A DNA stretch of 64,000 nucleotides from Eledone cirrhosa (GCA_964016885.1 OZ024741.1:399280001-399344000); one strand, 5' to 3'. Counted from the stretch's first letter, positions 14,139-27,011 are shown. Notes: generated by a model from the letters alone, not told the origin. Numbers and translations: made by a program.

Positions 14139-14214
14139 ACAGATTAAAGTTTAAGCAAAGAATCGCTGCTTTCACCCTTAACGGGATCTTCTGAAACTAA
14201 GAAAGTCAATCTGT
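14139..14214 (-). ncRNA. pLTR hammerhead-like motif with variant core CAGAAGA
   Basis: Minus strand: ACAGATTGA..AGTTT-CAGAAGA-TCCC..GGGT-GAAA-GCA..TGC-TT-AAACT-TTAATCTGT. Confidence 0.7.
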
Positions 14215-15132
14215 AAACGCAGAACTGGATATTTCAAAAACGTTGCAACCGGAGGAAGACAGGAAGACGATACTTTGGTTAGTGGAAACGTTCGCTGGCT
14301 AAGAACCGAAAAAAGCGAATAAAATACGTCATTATTTGGAGCGGTGAAAAACAATTACGCGCAAAGACAGAACCACGTTTATGGTATAAAACAAGTCGTA
14401 GACTAATGTTCTCTTATGTGGTGCATAGAGACGTTCTCTGGCAATGAACGAAAAAAAACGAAGATAATACGTCATATGTGGAGCGTGGAGAAAAATAGCA
14501 CGCAAAGACAAAACCACGTAAATGGTATAGAAGAAGTCGTAGACTAAATTCTAACTAGGAGACCGAATGAATCTCCGCTACGGAGTTAAGAACAAAGTAA
14601 ATAAATACAATACAGAAGTAATAGAAATAAATAAATACATACACGCAAACAAATACCTACATAGACAAGCATACGCAAAAACTTACCATAGGTAAACAAA
14701 ACTACGCACATATAAATATGTGTGTGTGTGTGTAAGCGTGTATACAAATAAATAAATAATTATATAAACGTATATAAATAAATAAATACGTATATAACAA
14801 GCGCACACACATACCTACATGTAAATGCACGAATGTTCGGAGACGTAAGTCAACCAAAACATGAAGTACACATATACATACGCCCTACATACGTACGAAC
14901 CTGCATACTCACACAGACGCAAAACTCCCGTATACACATAGCCGAACCATATGTACCAAAATATATTAAAAAATTATACGCCATAACAATCAAATATACG
15001 TACGAGAAGGTATACGTACCTTCACAAAACATACGGATAATATATACTTACCTATGCAAATAAGTAAAGGTATAAACAAAACATATATTTAGCTCCCACA
15101 TCGAGACGTAAAATATCCACGTATAGATCGTA

Positions 15133-17258
15133 CTATCCGTTAGGGTATAACGTGGGGCTGTAATACAGGAAAGTTTTGTGCAATTTATGTTTACAAGCCG
15201 AAATTGCCTCAGATTTTTTGTTTAAGATGTGGTGTGTGGCGTAGAGTATTTCCAGGGCCTCAGCGGCGCAGAGGTCACATGGTTTTTTATTTCCGTTATA
15301 CGATCTAGCTCTAGCTAGGATCTCCCAGTGTAACTTATTTTGGGTGTGGTTGTCTTTTAGACTCCAGATATAAGCTGAAAGTGACGTCATATTCCTTCTT
15401 AGAGGGTAACGAAAAGAATGGGTATGCATGTAAAGACGCTGCTTGAATCTATTGGCGGTTAACCCTATGTAGGCCCTACGGGACGTGGGTGTTACAACCT
15501 TACATTTGTAGACAATGTTACTAGAGAGGCATTTCCCGGGTAGGGGGCAATCAACCCGATTCCTACAATTACAGTTAGTACTAACTACAGGGTTGCACGT
15601 GTTCCTACGGCTAGGTAGTTTAGCTAAATTTGAAGCTGTGATGCTATGTGCAAGGTTAGGAGTCGTAGAGTAAGAAATTTGAATAGTATTTCTATTAAAA
15701 ATTGTACTATATTTATGTGTAGGGAAAAATGCTTCGTAATAAGGGAAAGAAAGATCTTAGCTAATGGTGTGGCCACTTCCATATTATATAGTGGGTTATA
15801 CCAACAAATGCGACGGGATCTATTTCTTCTAGGTCTATTTTCGTACTCTGTATATGCTACCTTATCGACAAATCCACTTCGAGCAAGAGCTTCATTGTAA
15901 TAAGTGGAATGGTCGTTAAAAATACGCTCGTTGGTGGAAAGACGGGAAAGCCTCAACGAAACGCTTCTTACCAGGTTCTTGGTTATGCTGGCAGGTTGGT
16001 TGGAATGCTTACTTATGTAATTAAGCGTATCATTCGGCTTTCCATAGGGGTAAAACAACCCATTCAATAAGTTGAGGGTAACGTCGAGGTAATTAACGAC
16101 CGAGAGATTGGCCTCAACCTGTATAGAGAGGTTGAAGACTTTAAAGAAGGCTGTGAGTTCTTTTCTGAACCTGTCGCAAGCACGAGGTCCGCACTTAGTC
16201 ATGGTCAAAAGACCATCGTCACGGTACAAACCACCGCCCGCGTTGGGGAATTCGTCCTTGATAGAGAAAAGAAGGAAAAGGCCGATAAGATCAGTAACCT
16301 CCGCAGAATCACTGGCGCCCATACTCACGTCGAATGGGGTACTATTGGATTTTTTAATCCAAATAGAGTCGTCGAAATTAATCACCGACTTTCGGGCATT
16401 GAGGATGACATCAACTTCGAAATCCTTAACCACTGTGAGTGTTTTAGCGAAATTGATAGCTCTAAGGAGAAGTGGTAAAGTGATGGAGGAGTAGTAATTG
16501 TTGATGTCGAATTGGATAAAACGGCAATGTTCCTTGATACATATGCCGTTGAACCAATCAATCACCGCGAAGGAATTGTTCCACAGTGCAAGAGGGGCCA
16601 AACTTCTAATTTCAGGTATAATTCTATCAAGAATCGTCTTACTAAGTCTACCTAAATCGGACTTCGTAGGGTTAATAAGCCGAATAGAAAGGTTGTTCGG
16701 AAAATTGGATTTGTGATCTTTCATGGTAAAGTGGGGAGAAATAGGGTCCAGAGGTTCGGTCCGGTCCATGTTGAGATCAGATGTGATTTTAAACCCAGCA
16801 TCGTTGATTTCATTGATGACGCACCGATTAGTTTTACGGTAATCCTTAGTTACAGCATTATGTAGTAGTTGATGGTAAGTACTCCGCTCCACTTGATATA
16901 GGTTGCCAGTTTTGTCGGAATGGACGTGCACGGCATTAGAATCCTTAATAGAACGAATTCTATTCTTCAGGTCTTGCTGGAAGGAATTGCTCCTATTCCG
17001 AAATTTGATACTCCGAATGAGTTCCAAGACATCATTTTCGAAGGGTAGCAATGCTGGGTTACACGGGGGGTTATTATAGGTTTTAAATCCAAATTTATCC
17101 TGTTTGTTGTCTGCTTTTCGTGGATTATCGAAGTAAAAGGCCCGCCAACGCAACCTTTTAATGAACGCGTCTGTTTTCTGTATCAGGAGTTTTAGGTATG
17201 TTTTCCTGCTTGGTACGGGTATGTTCTTTGTAGAAATATTCAGATGTTGTTTCTGCAT
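15133..17258 (-). CDS. PLE reverse transcriptase / GIY-YIG endonuclease polyprotein (~708 aa if one frameshift near 15722-15729 is corrected)
   Basis: RT motifs FDINNYYSSI, MGASDSAE and YRDDGL; the shifted frame continues HKYSTIFNRN..CNCRNRVDCPLPGKC..IVY..YIG..CDLCAAE..ACKH without stops. Confidence 0.88.
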
Positions 17259-17403
17259 GATGAATATAAGTCAGTAGAGTGCTCAACCGAGGGAGCCAAA
17301 TAGTAATAATAATAAATTTGAAGACTAAAATCAAAAGAGGGCTCGATAAGGATAAATATATATCAAATATATAAGAACCGTAGAGCAAATATTTATTAAA
17401 ATA

Positions 17404-17479
17404 ACAGATTAAAGTTTAAGCAAAGAATCGCTGCTTTCACCCTTAACGGGATCTTCTGAAACTAACAAAGTCAATCTGT
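17404..17479 (-). ncRNA. 5' pLTR copy of the CAGAAGA hammerhead-like motif
   Basis: Same core and stems as 14139-14214. Confidence 0.7.
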
Positions 17480-17559
17480 AAACGCAGAATATATATATAT
17501 ATATATATACACATATATATACATATATATATATACATATATATATATACATATATATA

Positions 17560-17643
<84 letters not shown>

Positions 17644-17645
17644 CT

Positions 17646-17714
<69 letters not shown>

Positions 17715-17723
17715 TTATATGTA

Positions 17724-17788
<65 letters not shown>

Positions 17789-18286
17789 GAAGACACAAAA
17801 GTGAAATGCAGGGAAGGGATACAATTACACAAAGTCTTAATTAGTTTCACGGTTGTTGGAAACGACGCGGAAATGTTTAAACGTATCAGACACGAGTCCT
17901 TCATCAGGAGTGAGGGAAGTTAGGAGAAAGAGGAAGTTGGGTGGTGAGAAAAATAATATATAATGTACAATGTGTATATATGTATGTATATATGTATAAG
18001 TGTATGTATGTATGTGTACATGTATGAGTGCATGTATGTATGTATCTGTATGTATGTATGTATATGTGTGTATGTAAGTGTATGTGTGTGTATATGTGTA
18101 TGTACGTGTGTGTGTGTATGCTGCTTCTCGGGTTTCACGTTCTGTGCTCTTTCACTTCAAAGAGACGTGAATATCAGTTTTAATGTAAACGATTAAAATA
18201 GATTTCATTTTCGTTTACAAACTATAGCAAACTTTGTGTATACACACACACATATATATATATACATATATATTCATAAATATATA

Positions 18287-18378
<92 letters not shown>

Positions 18379-18381
18379 TTA

Positions 18382-18417
<36 letters not shown>

Positions 18418-18719
18418 TTATGGATATATATTTATGAATATATATGTATATATATGTGTGTGTGTGTGTCTGTGTGTGTGTGTTAATATACAGTACATTA
18501 TTTTCCTAACTTGTAGAAAACTTTTAATGAAACGATCGTTTGGAAAGAGAGATGTATTTAATTATGTCTCATATAAAATAATACAACTGACTATCCGCAA
18601 AATACGTATAGTTAGCACCCAAACGTATAATTGGGATTATACTAAGGTATATCCTAATGTTTGTTGAGTGAGACGGAAGTCAGTCGGAGTATTGCTTAAA
18701 GCTTTCTCTGTTAATGTAT

Positions 18720-18796
<77 letters not shown>

Positions 18797-18800
<4 letters not shown>

Positions 18801-19503
18801 GAAATGGTATATATTTTATCTTGTGATTCTATAGACATGTTTTATGATATATAGCTCTGATTATTTAATTTATTAATTTTTCATTGAGCCACAAAGTGAC
18901 CCGTTGCAAAACACGTATATATATATGTATATATATATGTAAACTTTTATATGTAATAATCTCCCATTAGGTTGAGATACAAATTTGGCTGTATTGTGCT
19001 GTGCTTTCTAGCAAAAATGCCACCAGTCGTAAGCAACTACCACACCCCTTCCAACCTGACCGCGACTACGTCACGATTCTTAGCCATTTTGAATGAATTC
19101 TTGGCGCGATCACTTTGGAAAATTTAGTGTCTAGATAAGAGCAAATCTCCTGATGAATCCGGTGCTCGAGTTTATATAGTTATTACATAATTATTGGAAA
19201 GCTCAAAATGCGGATGAAACCATGGTAGAGGTATTTAAATGTATTCTATTTTCTCCTAGTTTATTTTACACCTAATTCTGTTTAGTTGACTGTATCTGGA
19301 CGATTACGCTGTCGAAATATTCAATAAATATTCCGTTGTGGCCGACGCGAAGGGCTAATTTCGGTTATTTATTGGAAATTTCTTCATAGAAGCCTCATTC
19401 TCATAGCCTGGTCTATTCGATTTTTTATATAGTTAATTATGCTAATTGGGAGAGGAAATGGTATATATTTTATCTTGTGATTCTATAGACATATTTTATG
19501 ATA
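18797..19503 (+). mobile_element. Retrozyme-like element: ~55-bp terminal direct repeats (period 654) and an internal HHR
   Basis: GAAATGGTATATATTTTATCTTGTGATTCTATAGACAT at 18801 and 19455; TA/GA runs flank it. Confidence 0.8.
19143..19236 (+). ncRNA. Type I HHR with palindromic stem III (CCATGG) and long stem II
   Basis: ATCTC-CTGATGA-ATCCG...CGGAT-GAAA-CCATGG-TA-GAGGT. Confidence 0.8.
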
Positions 19504-19623
19504 TATATATATATATATATATATATAACGAAGGTAATGTGGTAAGGAACCAGAATTATGTGTCTCAACAACAAACGTTTGACCAATCCTTGTGACAATC
19601 ACTTTTACCATATATGGAATTAT

Positions 19624-19692
19624 CCCCTGAGAAGCTCGGCTATTCATAGTCCAGAATTAGCCGTCGAAACGGCTCGAACTCAGCCGTCGGGG
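19624..19692 (+). ncRNA. HHR of family H1, slightly degenerate core (CTGAGAA)
   Basis: CCC-CTGAGAA-..CGGCTA...TAGCCG..-GAAA-CGGCT..AGCCG-TC-GGGG. Confidence 0.65.
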
Positions 19693-19703
19693 TCCTACTC
19701 GTT

Positions 19704-19755
<52 letters not shown>

Positions 19756-19955
19756 AGGATCCTTGTATAATTAACGACCTCCAAATTGTTGAGCTAATAA
19801 ATTCGAATGGTTGGGCTGCCCTCTCTAGCATTTTCCCCAATTCTTGAGAGCCGTTATTTGATGCAAATAACACGTGATTTCGTTCTACCCTGGGCAGCGT
19901 GTGTATTTGCGTTCTCTCTTTCCATTAAGCTAGATGTGTAGCGAACAATTCCACA

Positions 19956-20031
19956 CTTGCTGACTGAGGACTCTGTGGACTTTTACACTGCACATTTCAG
20001 TGGTGAAACGAAATAGATTCGTATCAGCAAG
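19956..20031 (+). ncRNA. Type I HHR inside a TA-flanked element (~19753-20222)
   Basis: CTTGCTGA-CTGAGGA-stem II-GAAA-CGAA..TTCG-TA-TCAGCAAG; perfect 8-bp stem I. Confidence 0.85.
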
Positions 20032-20220
20032 CTTATAGTTATAAGGTTGGTAATTTAAAACTCTACTTCGGAGATTTGATTCTGACTTAGTGTTCTTTCT
20101 ATTTAATTGCTAACCTGTAGATGTTGTTTTCCATACAGTAACGGTTAAACTCACATGTAATAATTCTTTACACACATCTCACTGTGTAACACACTTCTCT
20201 TTGTGTAATATATATTTGTG

Positions 20221-20291
<71 letters not shown>

Positions 20292-20336
20292 CACATATAT
20301 ATGAATATATGTGATGGCTGCAACTTGATTTCGAGT

Positions 20337-20480
20337 AATAATTGTTTCTACTTTTGGCACAAGGCCATCAAATAACCCAGTGCATTACTGGTACTTTATT
20401 TTATCGACTCGGTAAGGATGAAAGGCAAAGATAACCACTTGAACTCGGGCCGTAAAGGGCCGTAACTCTATGCTACAAAG
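20337..20480 (-). mobile_element. Meta-like SINE, partial
   Basis: Reverse complement of the SINE core and tail. Confidence 0.75.
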
Positions 20481-21028
20481 GAATTTAATTAGTATTAATA
20501 TCTATATGCTTTGCTCTTTAGCTAAGTGTTGGAGCTGGCATACTTTCACTCTACAACATTCCTTGATTCTCACTGAAATTACTTTCTTACCCCATTAAAG
20601 ATAGTTGTAAAGATTTCTCTCTTAAGACCGGCTTGGCACCCACAGGTTTGACATCATCCTACTCCCTCTACTCCACAAGCCAGTTTAGGTGTGTGTATGT
20701 ATGAGTGTGTGTGTGTGTGTGTGTATGAGTGGATACAGGTGTGTGTGTGTATGAGTGAATACACGTGTGTGTGTGTGTATGTATGTATGTATGTATCAGT
20801 AACTGTAGGTGTGTGTATGTATGAGTGTGTGTGTATGTATGTGTATGTATGAGTGTGTGTGTATGTATGTGTATGTATGAGTGTGTGTGTATGTATGTGT
20901 ATGTATCAGTGTGTGTGTGTTGTGTGCTTAGTTTACGCAAACTAAGCACACAACACACAACACACACAAAAACAAGATGGCGTAGGACAGAACAAAGGAG
21001 AGGCACAACACAAAGAGAAGAAACTCCA

Positions 21029-21071
21029 GTCACTGAAGAGGTCACAGAATGTGTGACGAAAGAACTTTGAC
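21029..21071 (+). ncRNA. Minimal HHR (family H2)
   Basis: GTCA-CTGAAGA-(G)GTCACA..TGTGAC-GAAA-GAAC-TT-TGAC; related motif at 43877. Confidence 0.8.
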
Positions 21072-21264
21072 CATATATGAACAACCGTCCGGTTGTGGAA
21101 CCAACCAACCAACCGGAAATTTATAAATTTCTTAAATTTGAAATGGAGTGAAAGCAACTGGTGCGTGTGTTTCTTATTGGAAACATGACCCTCCCAAAGT
21201 ATAACAATATCAGTTTCAACACACTTTTACAGATAAAGAATCTTGCTAAATAAATTCAGAAACG

Positions 21265-21369
<105 letters not shown>

Positions 21370-21398
21370 CATATATATACATACATATATATATATAT

Positions 21399-21517
<119 letters not shown>

Positions 21518-21868
21518 TATGTATACCTTTTTAATTATACCATTGGAACCAGATTAATGTGCCAGATATGGAATGGCAGTGATCCGTGGAATGTTTCAAA
21601 ACTTACAAAGTTGTTGACGATAACGCCCACAGCATCCACCAGGTTCTATAATTGGACAGATTTACAATTTTCACTTCTAATTATATTCAGCTGAACCGAG
21701 TTCAGACCTTATTTCTGTGTGATGCCATAAATTAAATCTACCACACATAGCGAATTATTTTCTTCAATTTTTCGCCACAAACTTCATATGTAAGACTCCC
21801 AAACGAGATTGTCTAGTTGTTTAATCGTTAAGGGTCTAACGTTTCTGGTTCATCACACTTATCAGCAG

Positions 21869-21912
<44 letters not shown>

Positions 21913-21994
21913 GCATACAGAGACACAGACACACACACGCACACACACACAGACACACACACACAGACACACACACACAGACACACACACACAG

Positions 21995-22027
<33 letters not shown>

Positions 22028-22183
22028 CATATATATTTATATATACATATATATATATATACATATATATATACATGTATATATGTATAGTAATAAGAAT
22101 ATTTATATTTATATATGTTTAATACAATTATAAATATGGAGGGTAGTACTAAGGAGTTTAGTCACATGTTTTGACATTCCCTA

Positions 22184-22229
22184 TGCTCCGATGAATTAGA
22201 CTTCCTTCTGGAAGAAACAATTGTCAGCA
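22184..22229 (+). ncRNA. HHR-like motif with CCGATGA core and palindromic CAATTG stem III
   Basis: TGCT-CCGATGA-..TTCC..GGAA-GAAA-CAATTG-TC-AGCA; extra bases before stem II. Confidence 0.6.
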
Positions 22230-22268
22230 AATAAATGTTCTAAACTAAAATTTGATTGTTTTAATACA

Positions 22269-22305
<37 letters not shown>

Positions 22306-22494
22306 CTCATATCCTTATTCTGATATTATTTCTTCCCGGGGACGGTGGAACCCTGAGGTGAACATTATTGTTGTTTACACATCATTATTAACTTTGCCTT
22401 TCATCCTTACGGGGTTGATAAAATAAAGTACCAGTAATGTGCTGGGTAATTGCTGGCTTGTGCCAAAAGTAGAAACAATTATTCTTATTATTCT

Positions 22495-25400
22495 TTGAGT
22501 CTCAGTCATTGATGTTATTTAACTGGAAAGTTTGTTGAAATGAATATCAAGCCGCTACCTGCAGCCTCAGATATTCAGGGTGTATCGGAGGGTTCTTGCT
22601 GTTCCCAGCAAGCATGCCCTTTGAAGTGTTCCAAAAAGCGGGGCTGGACTAATTTTCTTTAACCATCTTTGGAAACTCTTTGAGATAGTACCTAGTGCGC
22701 CTATGACAATCGGGACGACTCTGACTTCATGGCAGTTCCAAATCCTTTTTACCTCCCACTTTAAGTCCTGGTATCGGTTAATTTTCTCCCTCTCCTTCTC
22801 TTGCACTCTCGTGTCAAATTGGCAGGCTACATCCACAATCAGGCACGATCTTTTTTCCTTGTCCAAAACCACCAGGTCAGGCCTATTGTGTTCCAGTTTC
22901 TTGTCCGTCTGTATCCTAAAATCCCATAGCACCTTCACCTAATCGTTTTCTATCACCGACCCTGGCTTATGCTCATACCACTTCTCAGAATGTGGTAAAT
23001 TGTTTACTTTGCATAGGTGCCAGTGGATCACCCTGCCTATCACATCATATCTCCAGCCTTTATAGTGAGTCTGGGCTAGGTGTTAACACTCGGATACAAT
23101 GTAAGCCACAGTCTCCTCTCTCTCTCCACAGATCCTACACTTGGGCTAGCCTCCTCCTTTTAAATATGGTGTTTCACCCATTTCGTTCTGAGGGCCTGCT
23201 CTTGCGCAGCTATTAGCATTCCTTCTGTAGCTTTTTTAAGGTCTCCTCTTTTTAACCAGTTTCATGTTTGTGGATCTTTAAATTCAGTTTTCCTAAAGAA
23301 GGTACTTGTTATTTCCTCCTTGGACATCCCCTGGTCTATTGTCTTCTCCTTCAGTACAATTTTGAGCATTGGCTCCCTACTGTCAGTCACGTATTGGTGC
23401 AGGTTGTCTTTCTCCATCTGAACACAGTCTTCTATGCTGATAAGACCTCTTCCACTTTCAGATCTCTTTCAGTAGAGTCTATCGACATCACTCCTCTTGT
23501 GGAACATGTTGTAGATAGTCAATAGCTTCCTATTCTTCCTATCCATTTCTTCTTGTTCAGCAACATTCCATTTCAGAATTCCCGCACTGTACCTAATAAT
23601 AGACACAGCTCGGGAATGCACTGCACTTATGACATTCCTACTATTTAGATGTGATTTTAATACGCTCCTTACTCTCCTTATGTACTCAGATCTTATCAAT
23701 TCCTTCATGTTTTTGTTCTTGATGTCATCTGCCTCCAGAACACCTAAATATTTGTATCCTTTTTCAGTGTCAATTTCCTTTATCATCTCACCTATTGGTA
23801 CCTAGATTCCGTTGCTTCTGCTCAATTTACCCCTCTTCATCACTAGGACTCCACACTTATTAATACCAAATTCCATACATATATCATTGTTGAAAATACG
23901 GACAGTGTCAACAAGTACATCAAACTCCTTCTCACCACTCTTCCCAAAGCGATTAAGATCGTCCACGAAGAGGTGGTTGATGGCAAGCTCTCCTTTTCTC
24001 AACTTGTATCCTGCTCTCACTTTTCGCAATATAACGGTCAGGGGTATCAGGGCAAGGATAAACAACAAAGGGGACAGACTATCTCCCTTGAAGATACCTC
24101 TCTTGATCTTCACACCGCCCAAGGATTTTCCACCCGATGTTAACTCTGTTTCCCAGGAATTCATACTTTTGCTCAACAACTGTCTGATGTTATCTGCCAC
24201 CTTGAAGATCTCTAGGCTTTTGGTTATCCAAGAATGAGGAACCATGTCAAATGCCTTTTTGTAATCTATCCATCCCATGCCAAGATCAGTGTGTCTCCTC
24301 TTGCAGTTCCTCATTACCATCTTATCAATAAGTAACTGGTCATTTTTACCACGAGACTTCTTTCGGCATCCTTTCTGTTCGTCCGGTAACAATGCTTGTT
24401 AACAGTTTCCACATTACGGACAGACATGTGATAGGTCTATAGCTGGTAACATCATTACCCTTGATTCGGGCTTTCATTACCAGAATTGTGGTACCTTTTG
24501 TCAACCACTCTGGTACCTCACCCGACATCAAGCAGTCATTGAACATGGTTGTCAGTTTCGGGTGGAGGGATGTTATATTTTTAATCTAATACCCCTGCAC
24601 ACCATCTGGGCCTAGTGATTTCCAGTTGGTTAGTTGTTTGGCCTGCCCTTTAAGAGTTTCAACTGTGATACTCAAATCAGGTTGTTGGTGTGCTTGTTCA
24701 CTAATCTCCCTTTGAACTGTCTCAATCCACACTGCCTGATCATTATTTTCAACATCCTGCTCCCATATTCCTCTCCAGAATGGCTTAGTCTGTTCCGCCT
24801 CAGGGATCAAGTCGTTGCCTCTTTCTTTCCCTTCAAGCTGTCCAAACAACATCTGGTTGTTGTCAAACATGCGGTTCTGTCTATACTGACTGACTCTGTT
24901 CTCATACCGCCTAATCTTTGCACTTTTTGCGTTGCTTCAGTTCCTCTATGGTAATATTTAGTTTTTCCCCCCTAGTTTTGTACTTTATTTCCAATCTATC
25001 TTTAGTGTCTATGTTTTGTAATGTCCCATTCAGTACGGCTTTCCAATGTCTTTTCTCATTTCCTTGATTTGACCATTCAATCGTTTCTTCCACCAAGGTT
25101 CTGATCTTTCTTGTTTGTTGTTTCCTCTCGTTTTTATGCCAAGTAATTTCCTCACCGCATTTGCTGTTGCTTTGAGAATATTGTTGCATTGGTGAAGGTT
25201 CCTCGCCTCAAGGTATGGGATGACTTTGTTTACCTTAGCTCTTGTTTCTTTTAACTTTTTCTTGTCTACAAATCTTAGGTTCATAGGTTTTCCACTATCA
25301 TTGTTCATTTCATCTACCACTAAGTTCAGGATATCAACCAAATCTTGTCCTAGCCCGTCAGCATTCATTTCCTCAATGGCCGTATCTTTGTTCTAGGTGT

Positions 25401-25990
25401 TATTTATTTCAGCATTCAGATCATTGTCTGCTTTGGATGCTTTCTCAGGTCTCTCAACCTCTTCACCTTCATTTTCCACTGGCTCGCTTGCTTGACATAC
25501 TCCATCCATTAGTTCTTATTACCCGAGCCTGCCCGGCCAATTTTTGTTCATCTAATTTAAATACACCAATCTCGTTCCAGATGTTGTGCATCCGTTTCCT
25601 ATAGCCTTTTTCCATGGGGTTACTCTTCAGGTAACATTCCATGACAGTTCTATTCAATTCTTTCGTCCAGTTGGTTCTTGTCCCTTTCCTTCTTCTTCCT
25701 CCAACACCAGCAGTATTTGGATGACAGCCAGGTCCCTGCTGCTGGGCCAAGGAGCACTTGCTGGATGAGAGTCTTTCACATGACGTTCCAATCTCCTTTT
25801 CACCGTTATTCGAACTGTTTAGGTTCGAGATTTAAACACTCAAATCGAGGATTGGTGAATTTAGCGTGGCACCATCACGCTGTAGACGAACATAAATAAA
25901 TAAACAAATAAATAGATAAAAACTTGAAAAAATAAACATAAGTTTCATTGTAATGTTTGAATGTCTGACTTAGTTTTTTTTTCCTTTTTG
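22495..25990 (-). mobile_element. Degenerate near-full-length R4/Dong-like RLE non-LTR retrotransposon (copy A)
   Basis: Fragmented RT ([26 protein letters not shown]) and RLE (RPD..D..K..Y) ORFs with many stops, frameshifts and deletions; collinear with copy B. Confidence 0.9.
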
Positions 25991-26181
25991 TTTTTCAAGG
26001 CCAGTAACATCGGTTACTAGAGTTGTTGTTGCTGCTGCTGCTGTTTTTTGATTTTAACTACAAGGGAAGTAGGGGTTGTTGCGTTCAAAACTTTTGAAAT
26101 TTGTTTTTCTGTTGCTGTTGTGTTTGTTTTTGTCTGTGTTGTGTTCTGTAATTTTTCGACTTGTTGCTTATCATTATTATT

Positions 26182-26400
26182 GGTAGTATCGGTAGAGGGT
26201 CAGACGCCATGCTTTGACGCATAGAGTTACTGCCCTTGCCATTCTGAGTTCAAATCCCGCCGAGGTTAACTTTGCCTTTCATCCTTACGGGATCGATAAA
26301 ATAAAGTACCAGTAATACAATGGTCGATAAAATAAAGTACCAGTAATGCACTGGGATGATTGCTGGCCTTGTGCCAAAAGTAGAAGGAATTATTATTATT
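26182..26400 (+). mobile_element. Meta-like SINE with internal duplication
   Basis: Consensus match; GTCGATAAAATAAAGTACCAGTAAT present twice. Confidence 0.8.
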
Positions 26401-26968
26401 ATTTGACATCGTTTAAACTAAACATTTTGAGAGAGTTTAGAGATACAACAACAATAATTATTATGGTGTTGTTGTTACTGTTTGACCGAGTCACTAAATC
26501 AGTCTATTTATATCTTTTGCTGATTTCCTCGCTTCTAGTCATGTGTAGTGATACTACTACCATCCCTCTCTTAACAGGAGGTAGTGAGGGAATAGTGGTG
26601 GTAGTGATGATGTTGTTGCTGCTGTTAGTTTGTATCTAGCTAAATTGTTTGTGGTAGTGGTGGTGGTGGTGGCGGCGGTGGTGGTATTGGTGGTGAAATT
26701 ATTTGGCTGCTGTTTTCTTCTATTTGTGACCATTTGTAACCATTTCCTTTTTTGATTATACAATTTCTGACACAAAATTAAATATTAAATATTGAAGCTC
26801 GATGCCATAGTGTTATGCGTTGTCACTTCCTGATAGTGAAGACTACTATCTTATGTCCCATTTGTAATAAGAATTATTCTATCACAATTGTTTTAAATAT
26901 GTAAAAAATCAAAAACTTACGGGAGCGATTCCATAACACTCTATCCATCATGTGTGTAATCTTCCCCA

Positions 26969-27010
<42 letters not shown>

Positions 27011-27011
27011 T

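Larger units (their letters stand above)
14036..17489 (-). mobile_element. Near-full-length Penelope-like element (Naiad-type) inserted in (TA)n
   Basis: 189-bp direct pLTRs at 14036-14224 and 17301-17489; RT plus GIY-YIG ORF; TA runs on both sides. Confidence 0.92.

Noticed and set aside
15133-17258. Selenoprotein-type Naiad (in-frame UGA plus SECIS)
   Set aside because: No in-frame TGA in the reconstructed ORF, and its Cys motifs use ordinary codons
17850-17915. Minus-strand CTGATGA...GAAA as an HHR
   Set aside because: Stems I and III could not be paired convincingly
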